This document shows positions 12,200 to 25,000 of a stretch of DNA of 64,000 bases, in pieces; position 1 is the first letter of the stretch, and the number at the start of each line of letters is the position of its first letter. This DNA is from Marsupella aquatica. Lineage: Eukaryota; Plantae; Marchantiophyta. The position numbers and the translations under genes are program-made. The notes under the pieces are model-generated. The model ran no database searches. It saw nothing but the letters and a program-made list of their open reading frames with translations, and was not told where the DNA came from. The stretch covers positions 20,218,451-20,282,450 of the forward strand of contig OZ316894.1 in the NCBI GenBank assembly GCA_973895155.1, written 5' to 3'.

Positions 12200-12581
12200 T
12201 TATAGGGCACGAGCCCAACGCCAGTGCATTGCACTGTGCAAGGAGGGCTGGTCCCATAGGGAGAAAGCGCATGGAATGTAAGCGTGGGAAGGGAGGCGAG
12301 CGAGGCAGGCAGCCAGGAGGGCACGAAGCCCTATGCACGGAAGGGAGGCGTGGCGAGGCAGGGCCCGAAGCCCTATGCACGGAAGGGAGCAATTACGTGG
12401 GCCTGCGCCTGCCTGTGTGCGTCGTTCCTGGCATGTGTGTCTCGTTAAACGATCGGACGGATATGAAAAAAGAGATGCTTTAATCTGACGGTTCAGTTTC
12501 ATTCCCGCTGATATTCAAATTCATAACGGGACGACGGACGAAAGTGGCCAAATGGGCAGGATTGCCTATTATAGTGTTAGA
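12200..12581 (-). mobile_element. Possible small non-autonomous Helitron-like insertion
   Basis: It interrupts one copy of a local repeat between A and T with no TSD (uninterrupted copy near 12690-12800). The minus strand starts TCTAACACTATAATA. Palindromes CAGTGCATTGCACTG and GGGC-ACGA-GCCC lie near the other end, but there is no canonical CTAG. Confidence 0.35.
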
Positions 12582-15500
12582 TGGCCAAAAAGTAAAGGGA
12601 GTGAGGAAAAATATCATGCACATGATAGAAATTGCAGACCAACGACCATTGTCCAATATCACACTATTTCCTTTACAAGCTAGGCCTGGCTGAAAAGGGG
12701 ATGAAGCAGCAAGGCTTGACCGGCAGCTTGTGTCCCTGGAAAGGCCAAGTGACAGCCTACGGTGAAAGCTAGTAAAAGGGAGAAGTGAGGAAAAAACTTA
12801 CTCATCTAAGTGCCATGCTTGCAGGCGGACCACTCTTATCCACTATCAAAAGTCATGATAAAGTAAGCCTGACCTAAAGCTGCATCCAAATAACACCGTA
12901 GTAGATTATTAAAGCAGTCAGAAATATGGTGAATGGTTGTCCAGATGTTCAGTTTTTAAGCTTTTATAAGTAGTAAATTTGCCAATTGAAACAAGCTACA
13001 CTGTATATTTAGCCCTCTATATAAACAAGGTTTTGGTTTGGACTCAACCTTAGTTGACTTATATCAATAAAAGCAAAGCTTAAGGTGGCTTTGCATATCT
13101 ATAATATGAAGCGCAAACTCAGTTGTAAACTGCAAAGGGGCTACCAGGGGTTCTTGCCATTACCACTTCAAAACATTATTCTTGATCTAGTAAGGGTAGT
13201 AGAGACAAACAATACTCCTTCGTTCCTTACTTCAGTTTGTCTATCTGATTGTCCTTGGGGAAAATACTGCATAACTCAGAAAAAACAGAGGGTGCCCTTA
13301 TGATACAGTAACTATATCTTATCTTATATAGCATGATATAGCATGTTCCTCATCTTGGAACATGCTTCATTTTTTTTAATGATATACAGGTGATCTAGTT
13401 TTTTTGTGGAAAATATAAACGTGGCATATTGACTAGGAAAAGTACAAGTTTATGATATTGAAAAATTGTGCGCATAAAATACAAGAGTAAAAGTACACTT
13501 TGTAAAGAAAGTACTAATGACGAAGAAAAGTTCAAGTCTATAATATTGGGCTGTGCACATAATGTACATGAGTAGAGAATGTTTGGAATACATGATACTT
13601 AAAGTATTGCTATCTGACTATGCTTTCTACAAGTGAGTAAAGCGGCAAAATTTATATATTAGCTCAGCGAACATTTGGGTTTTTTCTTCCAATCTTCACT
13701 CATGATGTATAATTTTTTGGGGGTTTACGTGCAAATTTGCTTTCTTAGCAAAACATCAAAATAACTCGTACTCTGTTAATTCACGCACATACAGCCATCA
13801 GAGGCCCCCCCCAGCACAAGATAAGTCATGCAACAATTACTTATCAATAAAGTTAATAATTAATACACTCAAGTTGTATCTGATGAGTCCTTTAAAATAA
13901 TGGTTTCCAAACGATGTGTGACTTGTTAAGGAGAGTTAAGTTGTTAAAGTTGTGTTCTCCATGCAATAGACTAACTTCTTTTAATATTTGTAGGTTGCTC
14001 AGAGTGGCCACAACAGTCCACAGCAGTTCACCTAACTGGCTGCCCTGGCTGCTAGAATTTGGCAGCAAGTGCAGGGCTTGGCCTAGCGCTGCCTCCTCTA
14101 ACTCCTCCCCTTGCCCACAATCTAGCTCATTAAAGCAAACTAAATCTTTTCTGAATGTGCTTCCTACAAAATCACAATAAGTAACCAAGTTCCAGGATGA
14201 GCCCATGTATCACATATGCTATGGCACCATTTTTTTCAATGGGTCACCCTCTTCCGACCTGTTTGATAATGCTACTAAGTAGTTGGAATTGACCATGTAC
14301 TGTAGCTGCCCCTTCTACCATAGTGCTATTTGACTGCGAACAATTTAAAAAATAAAAAATAAAAAACGAATCTGATTGTAAACATTCTTGGAGATAGAAA
14401 TCAATTAACGGACTTAGAGCGAAAGCATGAAAACATCAACTTTTTTAATTGAAAGTACTGTAGTCAGATATGATTTTATTAAAGAGTGAATAGTAAACAA
14501 ATGAGAGGGCCCAATGAATGAAAACCCTCACTAAATGACATTTTAAGTTGAAAAAGTGAAAAGAATCTATAGAAAGTGAATAGGAAGGGCAATGAGTGCA
14601 AGCCTACATTAAATGACAAAAAAGAAAAGAATAGTCAAGGGGATCTGGACAGTTTGATTCGTAACTTAGAGTCAATATGCCTTAGCAAATCTGGGTCACT
14701 TGATTAGCAAAAGCCATAACAAACGCCAATCCAAGTTTTTGTTTTGGTTGGACAACACAACTTTAGCAACTCTGAACTATTTGCTCATTTATGCTAGCTG
14801 CTCTTCTCCTTGGGGGGGGGGGTGTTGTGTTCACTAAACCCAGAGTCATTTATCATTTGTGACAATTTGTTTTATTTATGACCCCCCTTAATCAATTTAA
14901 TTGAATTAACTTGTATGACACCGTACATAAATGATGCCACATATACATTCTCAACTAAAAACTCTACTTTTTCACTAAAATCTTAATTAATTAATTTCAA
15001 AATCATTAAAATCATCTTATACTTAAACCACCACTTGCCATTTGAAAGGAGAAGTGTCCAAAACTTCTCCCCTTTTCACATTCTTATCCTCTAGGGTGAG
15101 ACTTTGTTCCAAAATTTCAGGAAATAGATACTAAAAATGGTGAAACCTGTGGATCCAGGTTTTGTCATGGACTGGCGCACACATGGCTGTTGGGTAGCTC
15201 ACTTAGTAGGGAATCATATATCATGGGTTCAAATGTTGTATCTGGCTTTTGTTTCTTCCCTCTCTTTGGGGTTTCACTGATTTCCTCATAAAAATAATTA
15301 AATATTCAAAAAATGATTCTATACTTTGTCACACCTGATGTGCAACTTCCATGAAAGTCATCTCCCAATCTCTTCTCATCCTTGCTGTTGCTTGGTCCTC
15401 ACTAAATCCTTGCTGCTTGGTCCTCGTAGTGTGCTCTATGCCTCTTGCAGCTCTTTGTTCAGTGCTCAAGAAAAGACTTAACAAGACCCCTCTGGCAGCT

Positions 15501-17511
15501 CCTGAACTTAATTGTCCAACAGATGCCATCAAGACTTAACCAGACCCTTGTGACTCCACACTGTTGTCAGGTTCTTGTGAAGTGGTTATCAGAGCATGAT
15601 TCACTTTCATACAAGAACAGCATGTCACCAAGCAGTAAAACACAGTTGGGACCAGAGTAGAGGTGATTTATCAGAGGCTCTTGGAGAAGCGGTTTAGGCA
15701 ATCATGAACAACAAGCTACAGGCCAGGTGGCAGGGTCAGTTTCAAATAGTAGCATGAATGGGAGCATGAACAACAAATGTTGGGGAAGGGAGCAAGGAAA
15801 GGGAGTTTCAGCATAGGGAAAGCTGCTTCAATTTTCTTCACAATTCTGACCAATTACTCAAGGCACCATAGAATACAAAGGGCACCCTGATATTCAATTG
15901 TTGGCAATTCGCGTTCAACAGCAAAGCTTGCCTGCCACCGCACAAGAATGACAGCCCTTCCTGGCCTGTTAACTCCAAATTTTCCATACTTCTAAGTGGA
16001 CTATATTATCTCAATAACTTATAATGTACCTTAGAGCTAGGCAATCAGCTTCCGCTGTTCTGGATTTTCAGAATAGAGGAAGCGCCCTCTGAACAGTAAG
16101 TGTGTGACTTAGTGTGTGCACTCCTGGACCAACAAGAACCTGGGGCGACTATGTGCAATCATAGGGGTCCTGTTAAGTCTTCATGGCATCTTGCTGGACT
16201 GTTAAGTCCAGGAGATGCCAGAAGTCTTTTCTTGCAGCTCAGTGCTTGGGGGGTTGCTCACTGTCTGAGCTTGGTGCTTGGTGACTCAATGCTTGCAATG
16301 CCCTTGAATCTATTGTGACTATGTGCTCCACTTATTCCTGGCTCTTTTTGGCACCTTTTTTTTGGCTTATTTTGGTGCCTTGGCTGCTTGTTTTTGGCTC
16401 AGTTTTGGTGTTCATGCCTCGTTTCATGCTTGTTTTGGCCTTTGCCTCCACTTCTTGTTGGCTCTCATTGGCTTGTTTTGGTTGCACTTGTGCTTGGGTG
16501 TGTTTTGGCCTATCCTGCTCAATTTTGGTGCTTGGCTTTGTTTTGGTCTATGCTGCTCAATTTTGGTGCTAAGTTGTGCGCATGGGCGGCTCTCGTGCTT
16601 GTGCTCACTTCAGCATTAGCTACATTGTTTTTGGCTGTGCGCCTCAGCTGCTGAAGATCTTCTTGAATGGGGATCTTCTTCTTGTTGGCTTTTGTACCTT
16701 GGATGCTCTCATTCCTGTGTGTATTAACCAGAACTCACCAGAAAACCCGGCAAAAACACTTTGAAGGAAAGGAAAAAAATTCAGATCACTATGACATTAT
16801 CCAATGCCACTCAGGTCCATTGATATAATACATACTTAGTAGCGAGCTTAGTAGTGTAGCCATATGATTTGTTAGTTATTGGTATCAGTCTAGCCGTGTT
16901 GGTGAAGTGACATTAGCATACTAAAATACTACTTGCACTCTATTTAATATTTTCATTATACTGTTCTTAGTCCTGTTGGTGTTAGTGTCTTGCAATTTTT
17001 TTTGCAGCATTGCTCAGCTTTTCATACAAATGCAAGTTTTCATTCTGTTTAAAGGGGTTATTTTTCCGTTAATTGGGTATGGAACAAACCACGATGGTAC
17101 TTATTTGAGGAAAGACAACATAAAATGCCTGGAATGTTAAAGAAAACTCACAACTTACATATAAATGAAACAATATAACAATGTTGGAATGTCTTTGAAT
17201 AGGGTATGTGATAAAGGTATATGATATTAAACTACAGTGCTGGGATGTGAGGTTAGCAGAATACGAGCTCAGGTCTGAATACAAAGCATATGTAGTAAGC
17301 CACTGATAATGTTGGATGTGAGGGTTACTCCAGAGCATAATTATTTGGTAAATATAAAATTGCTGGATGTGATAGGCATGATGTTTGGATGTGAGAGTCA
17401 CTCCAGAGCATAATTATGTGGTAAACATGAAAAGAAATCAACATAGGGTCTCTTTTCACCCAGCTTTGATACAATGTCTAATATATTCTTAGTCACATAA
17501 CACCTTGTTTG

Positions 17512-17688
17512 TTTAAATTTTGAGTATTTAGGGTGCCAAAAGATGTTTGGTACTGCATGAGAGTGCTGACATGGCATATTACCTTACAGTTCATCCCAGT
17601 ATTAAAGTCTACCTGGAGCTCAACAATGCCAAATCCATGCTGCAGGGCCGTACCAAGCAACTATTTTCACCCAACTTAAAAAATAAAT

Positions 17689-17719
<31 letters not shown>

Positions 17720-17920
17720 AAATATATATATAGTGTGTGTGTTTCTAGTCGCATGCCTACGCCTTTTTGTTAAATTTTTGAGTGTTTAGGGTGTCAAAAG
17801 ATGTTTGGTACTGCATGAGAGTGCTGAGGTAGCACAGTACCTAATGGTTCATTCCCAGCATTAAATTAGACCTAGAGCTCAACCATGCCAAATCGTTGCT
17901 CCAGAGCCCTACCAAGCAAA
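17512..17920. repeat. Two diverged ~150-bp copies about 256 bp apart, separated by an (AAAT)n(AT)n microsatellite
   Basis: TAAATTTTTGAGT.TTTAGGGTG.CAAAAGATGTTTGGTACTGCATGAGAGTGCTGA at ~17514 and ~17770. Microsatellite at 17692-17732. Confidence 0.8.
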
Positions 17921-18428
17921 TCACTGTAATTGCCCTTCATTTGTCAGCCATTCATGCCAGACATACAGTAGATGGGAAGGTTCAAGGACAGGAAAGAAAG
18001 GGCAATTGCTCTTTGCGTACTGTTTACGAAAGCGCTCCACTTTGCATTCGACCTACTTAATAAGCTAAACCCAGCTAACAAAATCATTCGTGGTGTCGTG
18101 GTGATCGGAGTAGCAGCCAAAAAACTGTCCCCCACAAGTTTGCAACAGCATTTGACAAAACAGGTGTCAGTTGGTCAACAAAAATCTATCTATACTCCCG
18201 CTGTCTGACCCATTAAGACGCGGAAATGCGGTACAGTACTGTACTTCGAAGTGTCCCTTGGATCGGGGGAGCAAGCAATGACTGTTTTGAACTTTTTGTG
18301 GATCACACCTTCCCATTCCCTTCCCTCCCTCGCTACTACTCGTTCTCATCATAAAAGGTGAAGCCACTCACCACCTTTTGTGTGTTTTTTGGCCTTTTTC
18401 TCGTTCTCCCTTGATTGGGTTTTTGGAA

Positions 18429-18765
18429 TGTGTGATCATTGTCCCCCGATTGGGCTCAGGCCCATTTCTGGATTTGTGAACCGTAACCACTAGTTGTGTG
18501 ATCATGTCGCCCGATACTCAAGCCCATTTCTGAATTTGTGAACCGTAACCACTAGTTGTGTGATCATGTCGCCCGATACTCAAGCCCATTTCTGAATTTG
18601 TGAACCGTAACCAATAGCTCCTTATAGGGGCAATTGTGGTGTAATCAGCTGAACGCATGAACGCGAATCGCAGTCTTATTTTTGAATTTCTGAACCGTAA
18701 CGAGTAGCTCTTTCAGGGGCAATTGTGGTTTAATCAGCTGAACGCATGAACGCGAATCGCAGTCC
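18429..18765. repeat. Tandem repeats in the ABCB proximal upstream region (62-bp x3, then ~50-bp x2)
   Basis: TGTGTGATCATGTCGCCCGATACTCAAGCCCATTTCTGAATTTGTGAACCGTAACCACTAGT three times. GGGGCAATTGTGGT.TAATCAGCTGAACGCATGAACGCGAATCGCAGTC twice. Confidence 0.9.
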
Positions 18766-19066
18766 TGGAAATCATTCTGCTCTTCTTCTTGGATTTGATA
18801 AGCTTCCCAATTCACGTCCTCTAACGAGAAAGAGGAGGCTCTTCAGTTCTATATCTCGCGTTGGGAGGGGGGAAAAGTTTGCAGCAGGTTCACTTTCTTT
18901 GGAGAATCTAGTGACAACTCGCAGTGCTTCTTCACTCCAAGAGCTAGGAAGAGGAATTTGTGCATTTGTGCAGCTGTAGAAAGTGCAGACGATCTCTCAG
19001 GATACAGCATTTGTAGTCGTTTTGTGGGACGAAGCAATTTTATCGAGCTTGGTGGTGTCGCCCACC

Positions 19067-22000
19067 ATGGCAATCTTGGATGATTACAGTTCAGGGAACA
19101 GCGACGCTGTTCCTGAATCAGACAAACGGATTGGCGCAGAGCATAGTGATCCCGAAGTTATGAGACCGGATCTTGAAGGAGGAGGCGGTCCAGAAAATGG
19201 TGAAGAAAATGGTCGAGAGGATGGTCAATGTGTGGAGACGGGTGCCGCAGGAGCAGCAGCAGGGGACGGAAACGGGACTGCTGTTGAGAAGGTGCCCACC
19301 AAAGAGGAGGCTGATCTGAAGAAGGAAACGGTAGCGAAAAAGCAGCGGCAGTCCACAGTGCCGTTCATCAAATTGTTTTCGTTCGCCGACAAGTATGATT
19401 ACTTGCTGATGTTCGTCGGAAGTGTTGGCGCCGCTGTCCACGGTTGTGCGATTCCCATTTTTCTGCTGTTTTTCGGGAAGGTGCTGAATGGGCTTGGAGG
19501 GCAGCATGGGTCTTTGTCAACAAATACGATAAATACGGTACGTCATCTTGTCCCCGGAAACCTCCCTACCGTGCTTCGGAGCAAGGTCAAGCATCTTGCA
19601 AGCTGTTCGATTCAATCCTTCGGGTTCTACGTTGCCAATCAATTTATGCTCCGTGGCTCTTCCCTTCGCACATGGCATGGAAAGTATGTAAAGGGTACAT
19701 ATCGCAAAGCAGCAAATTACTTATGCAAATCTTTGGAACGGATGTATTGAAAGACAGCAATTACTTGTATTGCTCTGTTTGAACGGGATGTGGCTGGAGC
19801 ATTGGCAATTAGTTACGGAACGGTGCCCAGTTCCTCCGTTGCGGGAGGCCATCCTCTTCCTCGATTGAGTTTCTCTGCATCTCCTTGTGTGCTTCTTGTT
19901 TTTACCCATATATTACAATTTGGATGAATGTAACTGGAAAACTAGATCTCGTCATGATTGAGTCAAACAAAATGTATGTTAAATGCTGTGTCAGTATCCG
20001 GTCGCAATCAGGCTTTCTGTGGAGCCTTGCCCCTCGATTGATTTGTCATGTCTCAACAATCCTTCTTCCTTTTGGTGACAGACGTTTTGGCTTGAACTTA
20101 CTCCAAAACACCAAGAACAGCCATTCTCATCTTTGGCTATACATTTAACCTAGAATGCAGACCAATTAAACGTTACTCCGTTCGGAGCTTGAACGCCGGC
20201 TCAATCGATGCAATATTGCAATGCAATGCAGTCTGCGGTGGACCAGGGACAAAGTGACGGGTGTGCTGGGCGTTGATTGTATTATGGTCACCTAATGCGA
20301 ACGCTAACCACTCCCACGGGCGTTGTGCGCAGTATACATTGGACTTTGTGTGGCTGGGGCTTGTAACTTTTGCCGCATCATGGATAGGTAAAATCTCTCT
20401 CCGATTCGCATTGAAAGTTCCGTTGAATCTCTTCTGCTCCTTTGACAGTTCTCCTCAATTATTAGAGAGACTTGAGCGTTTCACTAAGCTTTCTACGACA
20501 GCACATGTTCTCTACATGCACGAGATTGCGTTGCATTTTGCCCCCGGCTTACGCTTTCTCGGGCTTCGGTACTTTCCGATGCAGAGGTGTCACTTTGGAT
20601 GCTGACTGGAGATAGGCAGTCAGCGAAACTGAGGACTAAGTACCTCGAGGCATTACTGCGACAGGATGTGGCGTTCTTTGATACTGATACCAACACAGGA
20701 GATTTTGTATCTAGCATTGCTTCCGAACCACTCATGGTGCAGGATGCAATCAGCGAAAAGGTACGCTCGAGATGATTTCTCGGGTCGGATATAATTACGT
20801 CCATGCTGAGCGCATTCCAATTCAGTCCCTGTATGTCTTTTGTTGGGCAGGGCAGGGCCTCACCGTTCTCTTTTGATTTCATTTGCAGATGGGTAATTTC
20901 ATCCACTTCATGTGCACGTTTGTTGCTGGGTTCGTCGTCGGATTTACCACCGAATGGCGCATTGCTCTAGTGACAATCGCCATCGTACCTCTCATTTCAG
21001 GAGCTGGGGGTACTTATGCATATACTTTGAGCCGTAGCACTGCTCGTGCTGCAGCTGCGTACGCCGAAGCTGGAACGCTTGCAGAACAGGTGTGTTAGCA
21101 TGCGTTTGTGTTTGTGTGAAATGTTGGTGCAAAGTACAGCCCTACTCTCCGGATTGATTTCTTTTATAAAAATAGTGATGATTGTACGGAGAATGTCTTG
21201 ATTCATCGTGTCCCATTTCCGCGCTGTTCGCCGTTACTTGGCACAAGATTTCAGAATTGCACAAAATAGCGCAGCACCCGTTGGCCCAATTAATTTACTT
21301 CGTAATTTTCAATCTTTCAGTGACTGCCGAGTATCGAATCAGATTGGAATGTCGCTTAGGTTTGGTGAATTTGCCATGGAATCCATCTTTTGCCAGCTTT
21401 TCAGGACATGAAACTCTTGACCGAATCTAAATGGTGTACTTCTCCGTCATTGTCAATGCAGGCTATATCTCAGGTGCGAACAGTGTATTCATTCGTGAGC
21501 GAATCAAAATTCATCAAGGCTTATTCTACGTCTTTAGAGAAGACAATGAAGCTGGGTGCAACTGCTGGACTCGCCAAGGGTATCGGAACGGGCTTCACTT
21601 ATGCAGTGATCTACCCCTCTTTTGCACTCCTCCTCTGGTATGGCGGTGTTCTTGTCCGCCAAGGCGCTATCAATGGTGGTCAGGCGCTGGCAAGTATTTT
21701 TGCAGTCGTGGTCGCGTCAACGTAAGTGAACATTCATCTCTCAATTATTCATCTTTAAGTATTTTAGAACAGAGGGTTGTCCTGTGCCACCACACTGTGA
21801 GCAATTGAGATAAAGAATGAGAGTTTAAATTCTCATTCTAAGGATTTTATCTTTGGTAACCCACTGACAAGGCAAGCTCTGGATCTGGATGTAGTGGAAT
21901 TCAAAAATTAGAAGAACAAAATTTCTAGATTGATAGGCGTTTGAATCTCTCGTGCTCCCCATTCAATCCTCCACTTTGGTTTTCCGTGGACTCTGAATCT

Positions 22001-25000
22001 CAATTTAATTCATTCAATTGAACCCATTGACTACAAATGCAGCGCTCTGGGCCAAGCAATGCCGAATCTCACCTTTTTCGCCAAAGGAAAGGCAGCAGGG
22101 TATAAAATTTTCAAAATGATCGATCATGAGTCCATTATCAATGCGGTTGACGAAAACGCCGAAACACTTGACGTGGTGGACGGTCATATCGAGCTCCGCA
22201 ACGTCGACTTTGCCTACCCCGCACGGCCAGATGTAATCGTCTTCAAAAACTTCTCCTTGGTCATCCCTTCGGGAAAGACAGTGGCCATCGTTGGAAGCAG
22301 CGGTTCTGGAAAAAGTACTGTTGTATCACTCATTGAAAGGTTCTACGATCCCGTTGCAGGTAATCATGAAAGACTCCTCCTGGTCGTTAGCTGTTTCGTA
22401 CGCTTACATCGGCGTTTGATTTTGATCCCTAGAGATTCAAACGGCTATCAATTCAGAAATTTTACTCTTTCAATTTTCCGCGAGACTGACTGACCGACCA
22501 TAATGGATTTGCAGGCGAGGTACTGCTAGATGGCTATGACATAAGAAAGCTAAACCTGAAGTGGCTCCGAGGGCGGCTTAGCTTGGTGAACCAGGAACCT
22601 GCATTGTTCGCGACGACTATTGCTGCGAACATTTTGTATGGGAAGGATAATGCCAGTCAGGAGGAGATTGAAGCTGCTGCGAAAGCTGCCAATGCTCATT
22701 CTTTCATAGAGAAACTCCCACAGGGCTATCAAACTCAGGTGAGTCTATCGTCCTCGCATTAATTTGAGATTGAGGCTGGAGGGATAGTGCCGACTCAGTT
22801 GTCAGCTACACTTTGAACGAAAGATTTAATTTGGCTATTTAGAGTATATCTACGTTTCCAGGGTTAGGCGGCATTTGTGCATATTTGGGAGAGATCTGGG
22901 TAAAGGATACATTTTAATATGGGTCAGTGATGGACGGTGTTAATGCAAGACGACTCTCACCGGTAAGGCATGGATACATTGAGCAAATGGAACGAAATGG
23001 AATTGAATGAAATGTCCACTAGGTAAGGAAACCATGCATTAGAAAATAGTCAAAACGGGGTCTTCTGAATTGTGGGCGATGAAATAACTGGTGGAAAGGC
23101 GGGAGTGCATCGAGAACAGGGTACCAGCGGATTATTCATTAAGGCGTTGGACAAATGTTTTTCTTACAAGGGGATCAACATCAGCTCAAAATGGTAAGGT
23201 AGATGGACTTGCTCCAATAATCCTGGCTGGTTGTGATGGACTGCTTCTGTTGGCATGACAGGTTGGAGAGAGGGGCATCCAGCTCTCAGGCGGTCAGAAA
23301 CAACGTGTAGCCATAGCTCGGGCCATGTTGAGGAATCCAGCAGTTCTATTGCTAGACGAGGCCACCAGTGCCTTGGACGCGGGGTCAGAGCAGATTGTGC
23401 AGGAAGCTCTGGATCGCCTGATGGTGGGAAGGACAACCATTGTGGTGGCACATCGGCTATCCACCATCCGAAATGCCGAGAGCATTGCAGTTGTGCAGCA
23501 AGGTCAAATAGTTGAAAAGGGTAGTCACCAAGAGCTCATATCCAGAGAGGACGGGGCATATTCTGCACTAGTCCGTCTGCAGGAACTGGCTGCAACGAAA
23601 AGTGGTAGCATGAGACGCAGCTCCTCTAGAATCGGCCAATCAGAAAGGTGAATTCTCGCTCATTGTTGTGTGGTTGGTTGTCTCCTGAATAGACGCTTCA
23701 AAAACTACTCTTGTCCTACTAGGCACCCAATTCATTGAATTCACGCATGTGTCAGTCTGTGTTCACTGGCAGGATAGTCTTCACCCTTCCGACATGCAGC
23801 AGGATGGTCACAGTGTTAATCTTGGTAGAAATTCTTTCTGATTGGAGATCCTTTCAAACCACTTTAACACTCGTGATAGCTTGCGGTAGTACATGACCGT
23901 GAATTTGAAGAGAATGGAACAAATGAAAGATCCTGCTTAGAGAAAGGAGAGGAAACATTTGCAATTGCCTTAACTGTTGATGGTGCTCAGAAAATTCTTC
24001 TTTGTGCAGGATTTCACAAGGGAGCCGCTCTGGTAAATCTTTCTCCTTTTCCATGATGCGTGGTGGATCTATTAAATCAGTAGAGGTGGGCGAAGCAAGT
24101 GAAAACCTCATCCAGGAGGAGTCGCAGGAAACTTCAAAAGGATCATTCACGCGGCTCATCGCAATGTGCAAGCCCGAGTGGAAATATGGCATAGGAGGGG
24201 TCATAGGATCAATGTTGGCTGGCTGTCAAAACCCTGCATTTTCTCTCATCATAGGGGAGGTGCTCACAGCGTACTACGAGCCCAACAACAAAATGAAGAG
24301 CGATATCAGCGTGTATGCGCTCATTCTAGTGGGTATTGGTGTATTGTCGCTGTTCATCTACGTCCTGCAACATTACAGTCTCGGAGTATTGGGGGAAAAC
24401 CTCGTCATGCGTGTACGAGAAAGAATGTTATGCAGTAAGTATCACTGCCGTCTTGCCCTTCGTCTTTCTTGCTAGGTCGTAATGTTACTGTGTATTACAT
24501 GCCCATATAAATGTCGTTCCTGTTATATCGACGTGTAATACATATGGATGTTGAAGACCCCACTTCACTGAGAGCATTGATCAACAAACTTGATCTCGCT
24601 TGTTTTAGGATAGATGTTTCTTTTCTTATGAAGTGAAGTGCCTGCATTTGAGAGTTGGGGATGCCGTGAAAAAAGGCAAGATAGCATATCAAAAGTAATA
24701 GGAAGATAAATTGCAAGAGAAAAGGCACAGAACATCAGCTGTTTGAAGTGGAATCGACTTGTACACCTTAACTTCAGTACTTCGCGACATTCCTGAAACC
24801 CATTGTTTTGCCTTATACCTCAAACCTTGTCATTCGAATAGTGGGTGATTCCCTCACCTACCAGGCCTAGCTTTAACGGTAAACGTGCTTGTGGCAGCAA
24901 TCCTTCGGAATGAGCTCGGATGGTTCGACCGAGATGAGAACAATAGCAGTCAGATACTAGCCCGTTTGAATTCCGATGCAACCAATGTGAGAGCAGCTAT

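Noticed and set aside
15185-15240. tRNA/SINE-like A and B boxes (TAGCTCACTTAGTA...GGTTCAAAT)
   Set aside because: No cloverleaf or acceptor stem; too degenerate to call.
16100-16764. Hydrophobic ORFs in three frames
   Set aside because: T/G-rich degenerate repeat (TTTTGG) with no recognisable domain; the opposite strand has stops.
18983-19066. GTG-initiated N-terminal extension of ABCB in the ORF track
   Set aside because: This is a eukaryotic gene; ATG 19067 has a strong CCACCATGG context.
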